A stretch of 64,000 bases of DNA from a virus. The stretch lies in IMG/VR virus record IMGVR_UViG_3300043427_001796; one strand, written 5' to 3'. A program made the translations under genes and the position numbers. The notes below the pieces were generated by a model. It ran no database searches, was not told where the DNA came from, and saw nothing but the letters and a program-made list of their open reading frames with translations. Positions 59,652 to 64,000 of this stretch are shown here, piece by piece (position 1 is the stretch's first letter; each line of letters begins with the position of its first letter).

Positions 59652-60295
59652 AACTAATCACCGAGGGAAATTTTGAATCAGTTCAGGTTCTAGTTGAAGA
59701 ATCTGGCGGCAAAAAGAATCTCTACATTGAAGGAGTGTTTTTACAATCCGAGATTAAGAATCGTAACGGAAGAGTTTATCCGTTAGGAATTCTTGAGAAG
59801 GAAGTAAATCGTTACAATGAAGAGTATGTTGTCTCTGGTCGTGCTCTCGGTGAGTTAGGTCATCCCGATGGTCCTACAGTCAATCTGGATAGAGTATCAC
59901 ATAAGATTACATCGCTTAAAAAAGAAGGAACAAACTTCATTGGCAAGGCAAGAATTCTTGATACTCCTATGGGTAAGATTGCTAAGTCTCTCCTAGATGA
60001 AGGAGTCAGACTTGGAGTGTCTTCTAGAGGCATGGGATCTCTAGAAGAAAAGAATGGTGCTAACTATGTTCGTGATGATTTCATGCTCGCCACTGCTGCT
60101 GATATTGTAGCAGATCCCTCTGCTCCAGACGCATTTGTGAATGGAATTATGGAAGGAAAAGAGTGGGTATGGGAAGGTGGAATCTTGAGAGAACGTCAAA
60201 TTTCGTCCCTCAAAAACAGCATTGATAACTCCGCAAAACACGCATTGGAAGAAAACATTGTCCGTGCGTTTGAGAGATTTGTTTCAAATCTCTAA
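59648..60295 (+). CDS. g21: Prohead protease gp21
   Basis: NRNGRVYP, ALGELGHP, LGVSSRGMGS, DIVADPSAPDA. Confidence 0.97.
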   Translation: MKLITEGNFESVQVLVEESGGKKNLYIEGVFLQSEIKNRNGRVYPLGILEKEVNRYNEEYVVSGRALGELGHPDGPTVNLDRVSHKITSLKKEGTNFIGKARILDTPMGKIAKSLLDEGVRLGVSSRGMGSLEEKNGANYVRDDFMLATAADIVADPSAPDAFVNGIMEGKEWVWEGGILRERQISSLKNSIDNSAKHALEENIVRAFERFVSNL

Positions 60296-60345
60296 TTTAA
60301 TAAATAACATTAGCACTAAATATCAAAGTTAAGAGGAAAACTCAG

Positions 60346-61512
60346 ATGTCAGATATGTTAAACGAAAAGTTTGGTGAGTTTGTTGCTCAGAACAATTTGA
60401 TGGAAAGTATGCCAACTATGACTGCGGAGCCTGCTCCTACAGTCAAAGCGGATGTAATTCCTGGTTCTGGTTCAGACCCCACAGCTGTTTCGGGTGATCC
60501 CCAGCAGCGCAATACACCAGCAAAAGAACCTGCTCCAACAGTATCTGCTGATAAGGCATATGGAGCAAAGTCTCCAACAGATTTGGGAGGCAGCACTTCT
60601 GCTCCTCTTCATTCCAATAATGAAGATGGCGAAGAGAATCCTGGTGCTAAGGCAGCTGCTCCCATTTCACCAGTTTCTGGTGATCCACAACAACGTCATC
60701 CAAATCATCATCCTGATCCAGCACCTACTGTTGGTGTTCAGGTTGCTTATGGAACGTCAACTGGAGCAGCAGTTACATATCCCATCAAACCATCGTTTGA
60801 ATCATTTGACGTATCTGACGACGTAAAAGCACTCACAGAAGGTCTAGATCTTTCCGAAGAATTCAAAGAAAAAGTAGCAACAATCTTTGAAGCAGCAGTG
60901 AAAGCAAAGATCTCAGAAGAGTACGACAGACTTGTAGAGCACTTTGCCGCTCAACTTTCAGCACAAGTAGAATCTGCTAAAGCAGAAATTAGCGAGGAAG
61001 TAGATGGCACAGTGAACTACGCAATCAACCGCTGGTTAGAAGAAAACCAAGTGGCCATTGATCGTGGCATTAAAAACGAACTCAACGAAGAACTCATTTC
61101 AGGATTCCTGAATGTTCTTAGTTCGCACCACGTCAACATCCCAGACGACAAAGTTGATGTCGTTGAGGAGATGGCTGAAACTATTCGTGAAATGGAAAAT
61201 CGCCTTAACGAACAGGTTAAGAGCAATATTGAAATTAGTAAGCAACTCTCTGAAGTTAAAGGCGTTGTAATTCTGAACACTGTTTCAGAAGGTCTAGCTG
61301 ATACTCAGAAAGAAAAACTTGCTGCTCTATCTGAAGGTGTTGAGTTTAAATCCGAAGAGGATTATCTGAAGAAACTAACAACCATCAAAGAATCATACTT
61401 TAAGTCTGATTCTGTAAGGAGCACAGTTGATGAAAATCCAGTTGAAATCTCTGAGGATATGTCACCATCAATGGCGGCATATACCAGAGCACTTCATACC
61501 TGGAATTCATAA
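60346..61512 (+). CDS. g22: Prohead core scaffold gp22
   Basis: LSEEFKEKVATIFEAAV, W..EN..AI, GLADTQKEKL, KESYF; late promoter at 60300. Confidence 0.93.
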   Translation: MSDMLNEKFGEFVAQNNLMESMPTMTAEPAPTVKADVIPGSGSDPTAVSGDPQQRNTPAKEPAPTVSADKAYGAKSPTDLGGSTSAPLHSNNEDGEENPGAKAAAPISPVSGDPQQRHPNHHPDPAPTVGVQVAYGTSTGAAVTYPIKPSFESFDVSDDVKALTEGLDLSEEFKEKVATIFEAAVKAKISEEYDRLVEHFAAQLSAQVESAKAEISEEVDGTVNYAINRWLEENQVAIDRGIKNELNEELISGFLNVLSSHHVNIPDDKVDVVEEMAETIREMENRLNEQVKSNIEISKQLSEVKGVVILNTVSEGLADTQKEKLAALSEGVEFKSEEDYLKKLTTIKESYFKSDSVRSTVDENPVEISEDMSPSMAAYTRALHTWNS

Positions 61513-61552
61513 TTAACGTTCAAACTTTTCTAAAAACAAACGGAGCAAAAAA

Positions 61553-63040
61553 ATGTCAAGTCCAAGAGCTCTAGTAGAAAAGTGGTCCCCTGTTCTTAAT
61601 AGCGATGCCGCAGGTAAAATTGCGGATAAGCATAAGCTTTCAGTTACCGCTCAACTACTAGAAAACACAGAAAGAATGATCCGCGAGGAGCGCGGTATGC
61701 TTTCAGAAGCACCAAACACAGTTGGTGGGTTAACTGGTTCAGGCGGTGCCCTATCGGGTGGCGGTCTATCTGGAACACCAGAAACTGGTGGTCTTGCTGG
61801 TTTCGACCCAATCCTCATCGGTCTCGTTCGCAGAGCAATGCCTAATCTAATGGCATATGATATCTGTGGCGTTCAACCAATGAGCGGTCCTACTGGTCTA
61901 ATCTTCGCAATGAAGTCGCACTATCAGGAGCAAGGTTCTGGCCTTCGTCAAGGTCCAGAAGCACTCTTCAACGAGCCTGATGCAAACTTCTCTGCAACTT
62001 CGCCAACTGGAGCAACTTCTGGTATTCCTAATTACAACATTGATTATACCGCAGGCACTGGTGATAACATCACTCCACTCGGTACAGTTCAATCACAGAC
62101 TCCAGGAAATCTTGCTGCTAACCCAGCTATCCTTAACGATAGTCCAACTCCTGGCACATACGAAGGTGGCGCAACAGGCGTTCGTGGAATTGAAAGAGAT
62201 GACGCTGAAACCCTAGGTTCAGGCACAACTCTCTTCAACGAAATGAGCTTCAGTATTGAGAAGACTTCTGTGTTCGCAAGAACAAGAGCACTCAAGGCTG
62301 AGTATACTCTAGAACTGGCACAAGACCTCAGAGCAATTCATGGTCTTGATGCTGAGGGTGAACTTGCTAACCTGCTCTCAAGCGAGATTCTTGCTGAGAT
62401 CAACAGAGAAGTAGTTCGTACAGTATACACCATTGCTAAGCCTGGTGCTCAGAACAACGTTGCCGTTGCTGGTCAGTTTGACCTCGACGTTGACTCCAAT
62501 GGTCGTTGGTCAGTTGAGAAGTGGAAGGGTCTCATGTTCCAAATGGAGCGTGATGCTAACGCTATTGCTCAAGAGACTCGCAGAGGCAAAGGTAACTTCC
62601 TCATCACTTCTGCTGACGTTGCTTCCGCAATGGCAATGGCTGGTGTTCTGGATTACACCTCAGGTCTAAGTGGTGCTGGTGGTCCTGGTATCGGTGAAGT
62701 AGACGACACCGGCAACCTCATGGTAGGAACCATGAATGGTCGCATCAAAGTCTACATCGACCCATATTCGGCTAACATTTCCAACACTCATTACTATGTA
62801 ATGGGTTATAAGGGATCCTCACCTTATGATGCTGGTCTGTTCTATTGCCCATATGTTCCACTCCAGCAGTTAAGATCTATTGATCCTAACACCTTCCAGC
62901 CTAAGATTGCATTCAAGACTCGTTATGGCATGGTTGCTAATCCATTTGTAACCAAGACAAATGGCAATCCAGATCAAGGCGATCTGACCGCTAACCGCAA
63001 CCAGTACTACAGAAGAGTACAAATCAAGAACCTTATGTGA
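61553..63040 (+). CDS. g23: Major capsid protein gp23
   Basis: LVRRAMPNL.AYDICGVQPMSGPTGLIFA, RALKAEYTLELAQDL.AIHGLDAE, FQPKI.FKTRYG. Confidence 0.98.
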   Translation: MSSPRALVEKWSPVLNSDAAGKIADKHKLSVTAQLLENTERMIREERGMLSEAPNTVGGLTGSGGALSGGGLSGTPETGGLAGFDPILIGLVRRAMPNLMAYDICGVQPMSGPTGLIFAMKSHYQEQGSGLRQGPEALFNEPDANFSATSPTGATSGIPNYNIDYTAGTGDNITPLGTVQSQTPGNLAANPAILNDSPTPGTYEGGATGVRGIERDDAETLGSGTTLFNEMSFSIEKTSVFARTRALKAEYTLELAQDLRAIHGLDAEGELANLLSSEILAEINREVVRTVYTIAKPGAQNNVAVAGQFDLDVDSNGRWSVEKWKGLMFQMERDANAIAQETRRGKGNFLITSADVASAMAMAGVLDYTSGLSGAGGPGIGEVDDTGNLMVGTMNGRIKVYIDPYSANISNTHYYVMGYKGSSPYDAGLFYCPYVPLQQLRSIDPNTFQPKIAFKTRYGMVANPFVTKTNGNPDQGDLTANRNQYYRRVQIKNLM

Positions 63041-63060
63041 GTCTATTCACATAACAACAC

Positions 63061-63088
63061 AGACCCCCTCTGAGGGGGTCTTTTTTTT
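63061..63088 (+). terminator. Rho-independent terminator after g23
   Basis: AGACCCCCTC-T-GAGGGGGTCT inverted repeat followed by T run. Confidence 0.9.
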
Positions 63089-63115
63089 ATACATAGGTAT
63101 GTCTGCTTAAGAGCA

Positions 63116-63280
63116 ATGCCTAGAGGGGAACTGAATAAACAAGAATTTAAACATATTCTTTTAAAATTAAAAAATGAATTATACAATGAAAATATTTACA
63201 ATTGGAATATAAGTCCCAAAGAATTAGCACATAAGTATTTGAATAAAGCATTGGATGCTATTGATGAATATGGAAGATAA
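63116..63280 (+). CDS. 54-aa hypothetical protein (MPRG...)
   Basis: MPRGELNKQEFKHILLKLKNELY...KELAHKYLNKALDAIDEYGR*, translated by hand; not in ORF track. Confidence 0.7.
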   Translation: MPRGELNKQEFKHILLKLKNELYNENIYNWNISPKELAHKYLNKALDAIDEYGR

Positions 63281-63416
63281 GGATTTTTTGTGCCTCTTAG
63301 ACAGGGTAAATAAATACAGAGTAGGCATTTTATTTGAAGAACCTTGTCCAATATATGAGACAGATGACTATTATTGGGATGACTACAATTGTTTATATGG
63401 AATAGAAAATGAGTAA
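63270..63416 (+). CDS. 48-aa acidic hypothetical protein
   Basis: MEDKDFLCLLDRVNKYRVGILFEEPCPIYETDDYYWDDYNCLYGIENE*; fills the gap and overlaps both neighbours. Confidence 0.5.
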   Translation: MEDKDFLCLLDRVNKYRVGILFEEPCPIYETDDYYWDDYNCLYGIENE

Positions 63417-63921
63417 TTGGGCGGAAACACAACCTAAAAATAGAAATTTTTTAACGCCAATAGGATTTCAATTAGAACTAGAGATATTTCCTGGTGTTGA
63501 TTTCTTTTGTCAATCTGTTAACTTTCCTGATATCTCAGTTCCTGTAACTGAGGTTCCTACCATGTGGAGATCATTCCCTATCATTGGTGGTGGTGGAGTA
63601 TCGTATGGAGATCTTCAAGTCAATTTTATTATTGATGAAGACATGGAAAATTATGCTGAGATTTTTAATTGGATTCGTGTCAATGGTCAGTCTGAAGATA
63701 CGGCACCATTGAAATTATCTTCAGCAAGATTAATTATTCATACGTCAAATTTAAATCCAAATTTAATAGCAGACTTCCAATATCTGTTCCCATACAGCTT
63801 GTCTCAAATTAACTTTGATGCTACAGTGGGAGAGAACGAAGTGATTACAGCACAGGCATCGTTCAAGTATGCTACCATGAGTTTCCGTGATAAGCGATTT
63901 AAAGTCTATGAACCTGGATAA
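63409..63921 (+). CDS. g3: Tail tube terminator/completion protein gp3
   Basis: NRNFLTPIGF, FFCQSVNFP, YGDL.V.FIIDEDMENY.EI.NW, LFP.SLS. Confidence 0.92.
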   Translation: MSNWAETQPKNRNFLTPIGFQLELEIFPGVDFFCQSVNFPDISVPVTEVPTMWRSFPIIGGGGVSYGDLQVNFIIDEDMENYAEIFNWIRVNGQSEDTAPLKLSSARLIIHTSNLNPNLIADFQYLFPYSLSQINFDATVGENEVITAQASFKYATMSFRDKRFKVYEPG

Positions 63922-64000
63922 ACTGATTAAATTATTTGATAAAATTAAAGAGGAATGGAATCAAGATAGTCAAATTGACTTTGATGTTAAGAACAAAGAA
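63908..64000 (+). CDS. uvsY: Start of recombination mediator UvsY (3'-truncated)
   Basis: MNLDKLIKLFDKIKEEWNQDSQID; W..DS.ID motif and g3-uvsY synteny. Confidence 0.65.
   Translation, partial: MNLDKLIKLFDKIKEEWNQDSQIDFDVKNKE

Noticed and set aside
53138-63040. Introns, inteins or homing endonucleases in g17, g20, g23
   Set aside because: Genes are continuous, of normal length, with no splicing or nuclease motifs
478-63432. Numerous minus-strand and alternate-frame ORFs in the track
   Set aside because: All lie within well-supported + strand genes, lack motifs, and look like codon-bias shadows
1-64000. tRNAs, CRISPR arrays, photosynthesis or bilin enzyme genes (psbA, hli, cpeT, pebS)
   Set aside because: Intergenic gaps are too short for arrays or tRNAs, and no ORF shows these motifs in this window
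1-64000. Stop-codon reassignment
   Set aside because: Core genes translate full length with the standard code; TAA, TGA and TAG all end genes

Overview
This window is the virion morphogenesis block of a T4-like cyanomyovirus (Kyanoviridae-type; host not determinable from the window). All credible genes are on the + strand in T4-like order. The order is: small conserved ORFs, g25, g6, giant g7, g8, DUF4815/VrlC-like protein, two giant fibre/structural proteins, a cluster of short-fibre/adaptor genes, g13, g14, g15, g16, a three-gene insert, g17, g18, g19, g20, a small core gene, g21, g22, g23, terminator, two small ORFs, g3 and the start of uvsY. T4-type late promoters (NTAAATA) precede most units. 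Three unexpected signals stand out. (1) Four alpha-helical domains inside the giant baseplate (gp7) and fibre proteins match phycobiliprotein globin helices by eye, including the bilin-attachment motif K-C-x-R-D-I-G-Y-x8-L-x2-G-G and a second beta-155-like Cys; these could be chromophore-bearing virion proteins. (2) Late promoters repeatedly sit in the loop or 5' arm of RNA hairpins, some of which hide the next gene's RBS or start codon. (3) A ~16 kb block is almost free of TGCA, which suggests restriction-shaped mosaic ancestry. All homology calls are by motif recognition and synteny; no searches were run.
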